NCBI GenBank assembly: GCA_002633005.1
Contig: NMRA01000058.1
Location: 1,020,409 to 1,084,408, forward strand
DNA: 64,000 nt
Direction: 5' to 3'
From: Phoronis australis
Lineage: Eukaryota; Animalia; Phoronida
The notes under the pieces were generated by a model. That model ran no database searches. It was not told the DNA's origin and saw only the letters and a program-made list of their open reading frames with translations. The position numbers were made by a program, and so were the translations under genes. The number at the start of each line of letters is the position of its first letter. Position 1 is the stretch's first letter. Of the stretch, positions 1 to 13,900 are shown one piece after another.

Positions 1-59
1 TAAGCGCCCCCCCGAAACGAACTTCTAAGTGCCCTGGGCGGTTATTACGGCGAATACGG
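1..59 (-). mobile_element. Terminus of a Tc1/mariner (Tc2-like, CCGTA-ended) non-autonomous element
   Basis: Ends GGCGAATACGG|TA; its reverse complement matches the left end of the element at 31356 (CCGTATTCGCC..TAACCGCCCAGGGC.CTTAGAA..TTCGTTTC). Confidence 0.75.
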
Positions 60-109
60 TATATGTTTGTAGTGTGAAGATAATGGTTATCAATGATTTT
101 CTGATGACT

Positions 110-600
110 TTGACTGCTGTGACGCCTCCTGGTGGTATTTTTTGTGCCCATAGCTGTTAATTTCACAGCAGGATCTTTATTAAATTTGGCAAGTGCATTT
201 ATATGAAGTTGACAACGCACGACAACGACTTTCAGACTGACCCGAGAAACGCTGTGCCCACTAGTGGCAACTTGATTTTGTCCATTTTTCTCTGATGTTC
301 CTCTACGGATTTTTATGAAATTTGGTAAATATCTTTCTGATGACATTTTCTCATTTTCAAATGGATTCGACATATTTTGTGCCGTCCAGTGGCCATTTTT
401 ATGATATAAATAAACACCTCTAGAAATACACCCTTTGCGGTGCATTTGTGGACGCATCTCAAGGCTTCGTGAAGCTCAGGTTTAGGTCAGGTAGTCCGGA
501 GAGTGTACTAGTTAGTATGTTGCACGCTCTAGTGGCCTTTTTATTTTTATATGTTACATGGTACTAATCAACCCCTGTAGTCGCGCATACCACTGGCGAT
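110..600 (+). repeat. Dispersed repeat with ~130-bp internal periodicity (Helentron/HINE-like); related to 21750-23000 and 28950-29370
   Basis: Recurrent CC.CTAGTGGC.A plus T-run motif; gattcgacatat...agtggccatttttatg is shared between ~365-403 and ~22418-22458. Confidence 0.55.
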
Positions 601-2637
601 GCAGATAAACGTTTTGCATTGCCCCATTCACAATTCAAAACAGCAAATAAAAAGGTACGACTTTCGAACAGTTAAGCGGGAGCTGTTCCCAAGGAGTGCT
701 GTTACTTATGCTTGTATAAGAACAATAAATCTACAGCGATTCGAACCCATGCACTTTTTTGCTCACGCATTAAATGACTGCTCTACTGACAGAGAATCAG
801 GTGAACAATTACAGAAATAAATTGATCTCCCCAGTGCATTAAACACCGGAAATTTAGCTAAAATTATTTATAGAACAAAGTGGAGCCGAACCAGTTGATG
901 GAGATCAAAATTACCTGTTGGGATGCAGTTGTGTGCTTTGGATATGTGAAGTGGATGCACCATGTTAGTTGAAGCATGATGTTTTCCAATCAAAGCAATG
1001 TATTTTATGACGGTCTTGTACTAGCATCAATGTCTTGGGGGATTTATAAGCATCCAACATCTAATAGCATACAAGACAAGAAGTGTTCTCACTCGATCGT
1101 AATGAAGTTGAACTTAAGTTTCCTTTCTTTCCATTTAATGAAGGGTATCCATGGCAACACATGGCTACTGAAGCCTCTCTGTTGTTGTCGGAAGAATATT
1201 TTTTCATAGTGTCATGGTTCTTGTGCTTCGTAATGTCCTGCATGTGTTAGGTTACTGGTTGACTGCCATAGTCCATTATGACTGATGGCCTGACTTATCT
1301 GGCATGCGGTGTCAGACTAGAAGCAAGAACCTCGCATAAACGCAAGGTCACGCACAAAACTTGGCGAGATATCGCCATGTCTTTTTACAAGAGATAGCAC
1401 ATAATCACACTTTTTAACTTTCCGTCGCAGGATTCTTGTATCTCAAGTCCCATCTCATGCAGCTTGTACTTAGTGCAACTTTTAGTGCAGCGTCCATACA
1501 CACATGTGTTCGATAATGGGTAATGCGGAAATCGTCGCTCTGTGCATGACAATGGACAGTTGATGTGAATACGGAGCTGAAAATTACTAACGCCTTACCC
1601 TACTTTTGCTACCTCACAGCAATTAGAAATTACCCTAGAACACTTAATGTTACCTTACCTTGATAAGATGGAGTAAGTTATCACAAGTGGTTTAATTTGC
1701 ACTATAGTTTTAATAGCATCCACACAGCCTAATCAAACCTACCAACTGAACTCATTTCAGGAATGTTCTAGGGTTAGTCTGTGTATATATTGCAGTACAA
1801 GTAAAAACTGATCGTTAATTGGCGAAATTTATTTCGCCCAAGTATGTTGCAATTTTCGTCCGATCATCACGAAATTTACACATAACACGTAGTTCCGGAA
1901 ATACTGGAAGCCTATTGTTTTTCGTCAAAATTGGTTCCAAGATGGCGGCTGTGGCGGCCATTTTGTTTTCATTTTAAGATTTTAAGGCTTCTGGAGGCTA
2001 CAATTTCTTACGTACAAAGCTGATAATCATGACAATTAATGGCCCGGATGTGCACTACATGTATACCGGAAATTGTTTACTTTCGTAGAAAGATGGCGGA
2101 AATATCGGTGATCGCGCATGCTCACCTCGATTTTGGCCTAATAACGTTTTCTCCTGTAGAGGGCGCATTATAGGGCCAATTCCTTCGAAATTTTACGGGT
2201 ATTAGTTTTTTATGACATGCTATTATATCAACCCAAAAAACCGGAAGTTGCTTTCAAGATGGCGTATCTTGTGCATGTTGACCCATTTTCAGTCGTACTT
2301 AGGTGCCATTTAAACGGGAGAAGAAAATGACGTGAAATTTTGCATGTGGATTCTCTAAGGTATATTCTTTCAAATGAACAATTTTTTTCTCAGACTCACC
2401 GTTTTCGAGATATATGACTTTAAATTTCTTAAAAAAGGCAAAATTTCATTTTTTTCGAAAAAATTTACGGAATTATGTGATACTATCAATTTAGATAGTT
2501 TTGAACGGGCTTTCAGAAGATATTTTCCATTTTCCGCTACCACGTCTACTTTTTGAATTATTTAAGATTTTCTGATAACGCTGTTCCTTTGTTGAGCGCT
2601 CTTGCTGCATTGATGTTGGTTTAGCTTCTATTGAACT

Positions 2638-2960
2638 AGACTGTAGCCTATTTCTTATTGATTTATGACATCTAAGTTCGTCATATGAATGTTGTGATGT
2701 TGTTCATCACTGCCACCACCATCATCATATTCGTCATCATCGTCATCATCTTCGTCATCATCTCCGTCGTTGTCTTTTCCGTTAATTTCGCCAAGTGTCG
2801 CTCAAGACTGTAGCCTTTTTCTTACTGATTTCGGACTTCTACGTTCGTCATGTGTATGTTATTATTACTTCTTTTGTTCATCCTCGCCACCATCGTCGCC
2901 ATATTCGTCATCTTCGTCATCATCGTTATCGTCATCTTTTTGGTTAATTTCGTCAAGTTT
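2638..2960. repeat. Two diverged ~170-bp tandem units, each ending in a (TCA/TCG)n microsatellite
   Basis: gactgtagcct..ttctta.tgattt...gttcgtcat at 2639 and 2806; accounts for the Ser-rich and hydrophobic ORFs at 2770 and 2850. Confidence 0.75.
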
Positions 2961-3074
2961 CACTCCTCGGAGCACTTTCATTTTGATTGTGCTATGGTTG
3001 GAGTTTGCTTAAATGTGAACACAATAGCCCAGTCCAGCTGCTTGGGCTGCTTGGTCACCTATGTTATCCTTTAA

Positions 3075-3582
3075 AGGGCCTTTCATACTGACGTCGACGC
3101 GTCAATGGTTTGGGGAGTTGCGGTCAGTATGAACGCTTAACTCCGGTCCTGGATCGCAGTAACAACAGCTCCAGTTAACATCGCAGTTAACAGGTGGATT
3201 TAATAGCGCAGTATCTATGCTGCGGTGCAGTATGAACGCTTAACTTCGGTCCAACTGAAGTTATCGCCAGGTGCCACTATTATCATCAACAGTTACAAGG
3301 TAGTACCATCACTAATAGCTGCTTATATTTTGCTCTAATAATAAGCAGTCGATTTAAAAATAAGTTTAATGTCACTGAGCACATGCAAATGTTTCTAAAT
3401 TGAAACATTGAAAAAATCTTAGCGTGCAACGCTACCTTGCGATAACTTCGATGTCGACAGGGGCACCAACCGCTTACTTCGATGTTCATTAATTACCAAA
3501 GCCAGTATGAACGGTCCAGTTAACTGCACTGTTTACGTCGATGCTCCGCTCAGACTGGAGTTAAGTCAATATGAAAGGGCCT
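3075..3582. mobile_element. PIF/Harbinger-like MITE
   Basis: TIRs AGGGCCTTTCATACTGAC / GTCAATATGAAAGGGCCT; flanks TAA and TAC (decayed TAA TSD); internal CAGTATGAACG repeats. Confidence 0.7.
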
Positions 3583-3849
3583 TACAACACCTCATACCCT
3601 ATGCCATAAAACTATGGCTGCCCAGCCAGAGGACTCTCTATTGTGTTGGCAGGGTAATTGAAACTTGCACTTCAGTTCACAATATTATTGGGGTTTTGGC
3701 TTCAATTTCCACCTGTACTAGGTCCATCATGAATGGAATATCATTGTATATAGTAAGATTTTTCTCACCAGTTTGAATGGAATATCACTGGAATCCAATG
3801 AGATTCTCACTTTCAGGACTATGAGAATTTCTTAAGCTTTTTCATGAGG

Positions 3850-4100
3850 GTTGTTGACCAATAGTTGAAAATAAAACCATTGTCGACTATGGTTGCGATG
3901 GTTTTAAAAATGGTTGACAACGGTCAAACGCATGGTTGACAATGGGTTGTAAAATCATAGTTGAGCATGGTTAAAGCCATGGTCAAGAATGGTCAAGCAC
4001 TGCCAACCATGATTTAAGCATGGTTTGACCATGGTTGGACATGCTTAACCATCCTAAACCATGGTTGACCATGGTCAACCATGGTTGCATTTTACAGGGT
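3850..4100. repeat. Array of 10-bp-period palindromic units (AACCATGGTT/GACCATGGTC), probably the subterminal region of a truncated MITE
   Basis: Repeated ccatggtt / ccatggtc; ends in ttttacaggg. Confidence 0.7.
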
Positions 4101-7067
4101 TTATGAGATTGGGTAAGCTTAAATTATACTGTGTAGCAATATATTGGTTTATTTAGTAGGTTTCAGGTGACTTGTTGCTGCCCAAGAGACTGGGAGTGTA
4201 TAATGTTTGCTTATGTCTACTGGCACAGTACTGTACAGTGATACAGCCAATGTCACTACAATTTATAAATGAAAAAATAAACAGTAATCATGGGAAACTT
4301 GAACAGTTCCAGTTTGCAAGATAATGTCACACTTGCCAAACAGTATCCTCTGAGACCTCAGAATAGCATTCAGGTTGGACTCATAATAATGCATAATGCG
4401 CGGTGTTCTAATTGGATTTCAGCAGGTGCACATACATTGTTTTTAAGCTCGAAAATCAATTTTTTTTGCGTAGCCTGACATCTGTCGAACCAGTTAAAAG
4501 CTGATCTATTTCGCGATCATCTGACAGGTGACCCTTTTCAACATTACACATTTCGTCAATTCTTCATTCACCATCCTGCTTCCTTTGATTTCAGCATAAG
4601 TGAAACGAGATTGTTGAATTTTGCTTGCTGCTATATCATATTTGACGAGCAACTTTGTTGCATTCGATATAATGTCTTTGGTTGAATCAAGGCGTGTATA
4701 GTATAAATTTAAGTCCATTTAACATGGAAAGCAATTGTTTTCACAACTTAACGTGCATAATCTATAATAAATTGGGAGATTAAAGCTGCAATCTCCCTGC
4801 TCACATGCCACCCAAAGTGTACATTTTGTTTTTGCTTCGCTAGTGTTCCTTCCTTTTTCGTATCTCATGAAAGTTTTCCAAAAAAATGGACAGCCTGCCA
4901 TGAAGTGCCGTCCCTGAGATTCAACTCACTGATAGACCAGTCCCTTTGTCTAGGAGGCAAGATAACCCGTGCCTCATTTTGTAAAGTCTGGCACATTTTC
5001 ATAGGTCATGTCGGAAGTCGTCGAAGTGCATGTCTGTGGAAATATTCTGTATTTCACACCATTCAAAAGTACTAGGACATTGAAAGGGTATCTTCAAGAA
5101 AGGGGATTCTGTTTGGTTCAAAATTAACCCAATGAAATCGTTTTATCCATCTACACTTTCTCGTCTTTGATTGACATGGGGAAGTTGAAGAACTTTACTT
5201 AACCCATCCACTAATATTTTTCCAGATTCTCCCATTGGAGTTGCAGCTCATTGACACAGCAGTGACATTGGAAGGACAAATGCATCCTAGAAAAACTTGT
5301 TTAGAACATATTACAATATAATACAATACAAATAACGTGGAACTCCAATGGTGCGAAAACCATGAGGATACAAAAGTGCTCGACGGACATTCCAGCATTG
5401 TAGGTAAATAAGCGAAATTCAAGTGGTGCTAGTAATATAATCCGGGATAGCCCTATTAAAAATCAGTGATCATCAATGGAATAAACATATGGTTTGGAGG
5501 TGGTATGCCTTTGGGGAACATACTGGTAATGTTTAGTAATGCTAGTTACTTGTATGAACCAGCATGAAATCTCGCCACTTGCGTTCACTGTACTAACAAT
5601 ATACTTACAATGTCTTTGGTCAGTTATTGGTTTTACCAATTTAAAAGACTATCAGAACTATTGACTGCAACTAAGGTAATTCCTCGCTTCTTTAGCACAC
5701 AATATGGCTGACGAGTGAAATTCTGTTTTGTTAATTTTTTCCACAGAAATAAAAATGAAAAATATTCTAGTGCATACTACAATAGCATGGCTTGAACTGT
5801 ATAGATGCCATAAAACAACTTTAGGTAAATTCTCCGTTTTTTTTTTGTATTAAAGTAATAAGCCTTTGAAAAGTGGGAAAAATGAACATTTTGGAAATTA
5901 TTTTTGTGCTAAGTAAGCCTACCATACCCTAGTGGCTCTTGTCACTGCTTTCAGTGAGCAACACATTCCCTGAGGACTTAATCTTGGTGGGCCACTTGTC
6001 GCTAACTGAAACCTGGCCAACAATGTATTTTCCCTGCATAAACCGGAGTCTAGGGCACGTAAACTTCTTAACATTTGTTATGCACCCACACATGAATATA
6101 TGTAGTGGCATGATAGCGGTTGTGCGCTCATTATCTTAAAAAAAATAAATCTGGTTTGATGAAATTGGGCACAAGGATGCAAGATATCACTAGGGTGGTG
6201 CCAATGTTTCTTTTTAAGTGCCCCACCTATCCCCCTGGGACAGAGGCGGAGGTATTTTCATCACATTTTGGGACGACAATGCGCAAAGCACAACTGAGTT
6301 AAATGCTTGACGTATTTCAAGTAAACTGGACATGTGCTGATGTGCACGTAATTTTGCTAAAACTCTATTATTTGCTGGTTGTACTTACTGTCTCGTAAAA
6401 CTGAACATTGATTGATGACTGAATATGTCTGCAGGTACCAGCTCTGTGGCCTCAAGTCTCTGGAGACAGATGCTGATTGTTTTGTTCAGGTGTCACTACT
6501 GCAGTCATTCATCAGCACTGAGACATTAGTGGATTGCAGTGAATGGTATCCAGCTATGATGTTCAGTTATAAGAACAGAATGTGTTGGCAAGATTGACCA
6601 CTAACCCCATTTCTCCATGATTGATAGTGAACACTGTGTATTGCCCTATATCTTGATATGAGCTACTGGAGGTGTTATCTCCTATCTTGGAGTATATTCC
6701 AAGTGTGCTGGTCTTAACTTAATATAATTGCTTTATCATTTCAGGTATAAACTGTCAGATTATTATCACCAGGGCCAGCGAGAGATCAGTGAGGTTTTCT
6801 CTGTGTTTGTTCTGTGCATAATGGAGGGTTGTATACTGAGAAGTACTTCACTCGACTTCAAGAGAGCATCTTGATCGTCCATCATGAGAAATTGCCCAGA
6901 GTGTTCAGCAATCACAGATAGGATTCGCCTTATCAGGCATGGGTTGAGAATTGGCTTTTTCAATATGGTTTTACAATTTATTACCCATTTATGAAGACTG
7001 GTTTCAAATTATGAAAATGCTTGCTTTCAGAAGGTCACCCCAGTGCCTGTGAATATTTGTTGTATAC

Positions 7068-7916
7068 ATGGTGGTTTCTGAAACAACATCATTGGGTGCA
7101 ATGCCAAGGAACACTATTTGCCCACCCTCGGACAAAGATGGTTTTCTTGAACGAGACAGCTCGGTGGATACAAAGTCGCAGTGGAGCGGTGTTGTCAAGC
7201 AGAATTCGTCAAATAAATTTGAGATCAATATCACGGACAATAGCCTGAAACTGTCGCGCCCGTCCACTGCTAACTCCATCTACAGGAAGTCAGCATGGGA
7301 ACGGGCGCAGGAGCAGGCGGAACAGTTGGAGGCAAAGAACAAGACGAAGGTGGTGCCATTCAATAATGAAGAAAGCGATGATGACCTCGTGACCACCAGG
7401 TGTACCTGGAAGATGGTTGGGAACGTTTTTTGCTCCAAGAAGTTCTCTAACATAAAGTTGGAAAGGCTCTACCAACGTTACTTCTTCAAGTTGAATCAGA
7501 GTAACCTGACTGTCCTGATGGCACTGTTGTCGCTCACGTGCATAGTGTTGATCATACTCCATTACGCCGGTGGCTATATGTCGCCAGTAAGTGGTGCCAC
7601 CTATGGAGTATTGTTGACAACATTCATCGTCATGGAGGTGCTGTGCAACCGATCGTCATTCAACCAGCTGCAACTTCATGTGTTCAGTTACATCTTAATC
7701 TTTGCAGTTTGTACCATTAGTTTGGTGTCGTCTTTGGATCAAGTTCCGCACCATGCCTCGGATGGTGTATGGGCCACCATGTTCTGTATCTACATGTGCT
7801 ATACCCTGCTGCCCCTCAGAACCCGAATCAGTGTATTCTGTGGTTGTAGTCTGTCAATCATACAGATATGCACTAGCATTGCCTACAATTTCCAAGAACC
7901 TTTCCTTTGGCGACAG
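7068..7916 (+). CDS. ADCY5: Adenylyl cyclase coding exon 1 (N-terminus and most of M1)
   Basis: 283 codons containing [18 protein letters not shown] and hydrophobic helices; donor CAG|GTGAGT at 7916/7917. The start could instead be the ATG at 7101. Confidence 0.9.
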
Positions 7917-10900
7917 GTGAGTGTGGTCCATTAAAATTTTCTAAAATTTCTATGAAATCTGTTGAATGGTAAAATTTGTTCAACTTAAAACACACAACAA
8001 TGTAGTGCAGTAGTGATTTTTTTCGCAAATTCATCAATATTAAGCAAAATTTAATTCAGTGTTCAACATGATGTGCGTGTGTGTGACATCGCAAAAAGAA
8101 AACTGCTGTCCTTCGAAATGATAATTAAATTTATTGCAAATTACCTTCAATAATTTATAAAAATAGGTCAAAATACAGAACTTGTGCCGTTGAGTTTATA
8201 CTCTGGCTGAGGCATCCAGCTGGCTGATTTTCAAAATACAGTTATGACTTGTGTTGTGAGAAAACAGCATGGGCCAAGATTGTATTTGCATGTGGCTAGG
8301 ATTTGCGTTCATCTCACCATAAAACTTGCACTAAAATGAAGAACATATAACTTCCCAAAAGATGTTTTAAAGTGTTTAAAACCACCATTTACCTTGTTTT
8401 GACAAGTGACTACATTGTCCGCATCATTAAACCTTCCTGCAACAACAACGCCATATCACAACCATGAATTAAATATCCCAAAGTGAAAGAAAAACGAAAG
8501 TTTCTCAGCTCCGGACATGGGGGTGACGTACATTGGTACCCAGCGGCAGTGTGCCTTGTTTACCAGCATGTAAGTTTCTTGTACAAACTTGTACCGTACC
8601 TGTGCTTCTCTAATGTCCCGCAGGAAAGTGAAAAGAGCCACAACATGCTCAAATACTGAACAAATGCAACGCCCCGCCATTCTGATTTATATCATAAAGC
8701 ACAGGAAAATATCTGCCGATTTTTTACACTAAAAACGACGGAGGATGAGTAATGCTATGATTGGTTGTCCCAGTTCTCCGTAGAATGTATCGACTAATTA
8801 ATGCTCGTAACTTGGGATCATCTAATTAACAAATGTATCAGATATTTTTGCAGGTGTTCTAATTTGACAGCTGATTGACTCTGGTGGGGTTGTTTCATTG
8901 CGGCGCATTTTAAGACAAACATATTTTAGTTAGTGTCACATGCGTACACTCTGTTTTACCAACTGATACTGTTATTTTAACAAACGCAAGTTGCTCCTTA
9001 AATGGGCCCACAACTATAGACGATAATCCAAAATTAGATTGGGCCATGTGGGCACAAGGATAAACCATAATCCAAAGTTATAATGGTTCATGTGTCAACT
9101 CTAGTATAGATGGTAATCCAAAGTTGTAATGACAAAATGCAAACACAGGTATAGATGATAATCCAAAGTTGTAATGGTCCATGTTGTCTCAAGCATAGAC
9201 GATAATCCAATATTATGCGAGTTGCAGAATGTATGACCTTTGAAGCATTCATTTAAAAAGCAGTTTTATGTTCTACTTTTTGTGCAGGGAGCACACTTTG
9301 CTGCCATTATCGCATAACAATTTGCTGTTCTACAACTTTAAATTCATTTCAGCACGATATTTTAAGTTTCCCAGTGATAGTCGTCTCAACAAAAGACGAA
9401 CTCATTCAATATGAACAGGTGTACAAAACTTTCTCTTTCGAATTAAGATTTTTGGAAAGATTGGAATTTATATACCGTTGTGAGGTTAAAGCAACCAAGT
9501 CTGTCAAGAGTTAGGGAGCGATGCTGATAACATCTTCCCTTTAAGCAGCACTTGTGAGGCTAGCTGTAGCTTACATTAGATCCCTCTTTGTAACCAAGCC
9601 AACTACGTCAATATCTCTACAGGTTGTGCACTCTGTTGCAGTGGCATAGTTATTTACCAGGAAATCACACCCAGTTCATTTCCCCATAATTCGTGCCTTA
9701 ACTGTAGGTGAAATGCTGAGTGAGGTTTATAACCACATGGGAGGGTATTAAGAAGTATTTATCTGAAAAGCAATGGGGTAAATTAAAGTAATACTACTGG
9801 GAACGGAAGCTTTCACATGAAGGCAGGTAGCAGTGTCTTTCCTTTGTGGCAAGACATGGACAACCTGCCTGACCCACACGTTGATTGTTATGTGCAGTGC
9901 CACCACCACGTAAATTTGTTTTTTGCAACTCCACCAAAATTTAAAAAAACACCCCGTACACAACTGAGCAGATGGTTTTGCTGCCACTGTGTGCAGTAAT
10001 TGAGAAGTATGCTTTATCTATTCAAGTGCTTAATTAAGTGATTACTGCACTCCTCTAGTGTAACTGAACGACTATAAATACTCTTAAAACAATGTTTTTT
10101 TATTCTGGCAATTATTTTATGCTGTTGGAATATCATGATATTTGTCTTATACTGCATCATTAATTCTTAAGTTTGGCTGTGTAAAAATGGACAAATTTGG
10201 CTGACTTCGGAACGTCGTATCTCAGAAATGGCTGATCAGATTCATATGGAACGTTCAGATGCTATGCTTTTCGCACACCTCTTAAAAACATTGTTAGAAA
10301 TTGTATTTAAATTATTCCACTTTTGCCTGAAGGGCTGTCAACAATATGACTTATGATTTTTATGAAAAATCTTTAAAATTGCATGAAACACAATGATAAT
10401 TGAGTAAACTGTAACAGTGTTTTTGATATCTCAACTTGAAGATTTAAATTTCAAATAAAATTTGATCATGTTTTTGATGCAGATATTTTGCTATCAATGT
10501 ACCTTTATTTTTTGTCAAATCATGGTCATGTGACCCAAATGTCAAAAGTCATATTCAACAGGCTTTCTGCTTTCAGAAAATGTATACTTTTACTGAATTA
10601 AAATCTACACTTTCCTAGATATTTTTCGAGAAGGCCCTACATTATCATATGTGTCATTGACTGTTCATTGCACAACGTGGGGAACAACTTTCTCAACCAT
10701 CCATACGTCACACAATTACTGATGTTCAGGTGTAATACCTATAGAAAGGTAGTTTTGGATGACTAAGGTTAAGTTGAGGCGTCTTCGGGTGCCAGTTGAT
10801 GTAACTATTGATCTTGTAATCATTTTCTAGTCGACAGCTATAAAGTCAAGATTTGACCTGTTTGTCGGCATTTGTGACACAATTGAAAACTTAGTATGGA

Positions 10901-13900
10901 AAAAAGGTGTCACCATTGCAAACAATGTCTTTAAATATAACTGCTCTATGTTAAGCTTAACAACAGGCCTTTACTGTTTAAGTGCATTGGGTAACTAAGG
11001 CTGGTACATAATGCACTTAAAGGCTGCACTTAGAAGACTAGAAGCATTTTTGACGTCCTGCACACTCGTTGACGAGTGGGATCCATATCCCACGCATAGG
11101 CTCTTCTCCTGGGGCAGACGAACTAGATCGGGCCTTTCTGATTTTTGTATGCTTGGATATAGAGTGGTGACGTCCTGGTGACTAGGACTTTTATTTAAGG
11201 TCACCAAACAAAATCTGAGGTTGCATTGGTGACCTGCAGGTTGCCAAATTGCCCTGACTTAGGAATTGGGACGGCCGAGGTGTTGCTCAATTTTGACGTT
11301 TTTGTCTTCATTTTCAAGGTCAGGGTGAGACGGAAATCGAAATGGAAAATATTGTCAGGGTGATGTCTCAAGAGCATACTCATATTTTGCTGTTGGTGGA
11401 ATTCTCTTAAGACATGAGTGAATTTCGTACCTTGATCTCATTTTCGATGTCAAATCATGCACTGCAAATGTTCAAAACAAAAATGTCTTACTTGAAATTT
11501 TTAAGAATTCGTTTTGTTCTCAAATTATGCTCAATGTAAGACCTGAAAATTAGGAAAATAGTATAATAGTAAATATTATTACGTTTTGAGAAGTGCCTCG
11601 CTCATGTCATTCGAAAACCCCTCCTGCCGTGGACGACTGATTTGGAATGTATTAAATGAAACGAGAATCTTTTTTGTGTATCCCCAGACCACTTATGGGA
11701 AGTCAGTTTCTCCTTCCATACCTTCTCTGTGCTGACTTTACAGAGCACGTGCAAGGCTTTGGTAGCCATTACCACTTGCTGCTTTCTAATGCCATGAAAA
11801 CTGTTGTGATAGGAAATGCCTGATATGGGAAAGGTGATCAGCCACTGAGAGGGCCATCCACAAAGGTGTCCTTTGTGCTGTTGTAGGAGTAATTAAGCAT
11901 AACATAAAATTATTGCGTAAAATACTTATGTTCGGACCAATTACATGCGCTCACCAGGTGGCGGTTATCATGGATGAACTGAGCTTTAACCACAAGTTAT
12001 GTCATGGTTATGTAGAGTTCTCATGGTAAGAAGGCAGGCTGTCAGATCTGCTGCCTGATTTTGTGGCAGAAGATAAAGGAGGAGATCGGGCATCTGAGGA
12101 GTGGGTGTTCATATCTGAAATCTTTCTGATGGCAGATCAGACATTGTATCTGCCTTTTGATTGATTGGCATGTGAACACTTAAGGATTAAAGGCTCAGAC
12201 ATTGATTGCAGACAATTTTTTGGAACAATCCTGAAATAGATGTCTTAGCATTTATTTTTTTGAAAATATTTGACAAAAACAAAATTCAACTTGTCTCGAG
12301 ACCCGTCCATATATTATTGTGCGCCAAGCTGAATTAGAATTTTCTTAATGCCATGTTAACGGGAAGTTTGAACCTCTAATTTTCATGAAATGATTTTGAT
12401 TGCCCAAGACAATACTCACCCGGGTGAGAATTTTACTGGTTTGATACGCTCTTGAGTGTGTCAAACGTGTAAAAAGCGTGTAATATGTGTCAAAATTGCC
12501 ACACTAACGTGTAAAATGTATAAAAACGTGTAAAATGTGTAAAATTTTACACACTGGCGTGGCAAATGCTCCATGTTTGACACACAAACATAACATAAGT
12601 GCCACGTTTGACATACTAAACGTGTCAAACATGGAGTATTTGAACGAAAATTACACGTTTTTGCCACGTTTTCACCACGTTTGACACGCTACATTTTACA
12701 CATTCGACATGCTACAATTTACACGTTTGACACGCTACATTTGACATGTTTGACACATCACGTTTTACACGTTTGACATATTCGACACGCTGTTCCAATA
12801 TTCCACGCTCTCAGAGGGTGTCAAACGCTCTCAGAGGGTGTCAAACGTGTAAAATTCTCACTCGGGAAAGAGGGTGTATACACTGGTGAAATCTCCAGGT
12901 TCCTATCTAGAATAAGTATAAAGGGCGTTTTAACTAGTAAGAAATGTCTCTGAAAGTGACAAAAATGGGAAAAAAAGTTTTTGTTGTAGTTTGTTTTTTT
13001 AAAATATTGTATTTTTTAATTTTCGAAAAACCCAATTTTACCTCAAATTTTTTTCAAAATGCACAGACGTTATCATCAACTGTTTCCTTACGAAATATTC
13101 TGCTTATCCATACCAAATATATGTACAAAATGATCTTGATTTTGTGGCATTTTTTGCTTGTAAGTTGTGGCAAGCATGCCACTTTCTATCATTTGGTCAC
13201 TTTCTGTCTAATAACTAAAAATCTGGGTCATGTATCGTAAAACCCTTGCACGCAAGTTTTCTTCAGTTCTAGAGGATTTCAAATTTGCAAATTTCGTAAA
13301 AATTGACCCACGTGTTGGGGAAAAATATGCCGGAGAATCTTGTCACTACCCTGAAATCATGAGCCGAGAAAAATGGCTTTGAAGTTAAGTGGGCATCAAT
13401 TGCCACTTGAGGTCAAAATTCGTTTCGAATGCGTGGTCATTATGTTCCAATTTTTGTTGATGTGCTAGAGATAAAGCTGATAATTTTACTTCATGTTTAG
13501 AAAATGTGACATACCTGTTTGTTTCAGCGTAATTTTAATCATTTTTGCGAACTTGTGAAGGATGACAGACGACCAAAACAAATATGACTGTCACGTGGGC
13601 GGAGCTTGGCGTTGATCTGTTGTCTGCTGTGCTGGTGTGCCTACCACACATCATTAAAACCATGTGTTGGTTGTTTACGCCATGGGAACTTTCCACTCAG
13701 TGTGGTAAAAGACTCTCTAACTAGTATATAACACAGACCTATTTGTTAGTATTCCAATATTATATGTTGTTGCCATCCCTTCACCTACCAATATATGTGC
13801 TTTATCAAATCGTCGCGTTAGTGTCTGCATAACAACATTGGCGACGAGGATAAAGAACTACTTTCATTGTAATGGTTTAACATTTTCATGTGCCTGTACC

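Noticed and set aside
730-800. tRNA gene on the minus strand (GGTTCGAATC B box)
   Set aside because: No complete cloverleaf or acceptor stem; more likely a decayed SINE head. The same applies to the three SINE copies.
2770-3074. Ser-rich and hydrophobic signal-peptide-like ORFs
   Set aside because: They are translations of a (TCA/TCG)n microsatellite.
4506-4901. Two same-frame minus-strand ORFs separated by a single TAA (possible pseudogene)
   Set aside because: No recognisable motif or splice context; cannot be supported without a homology search.
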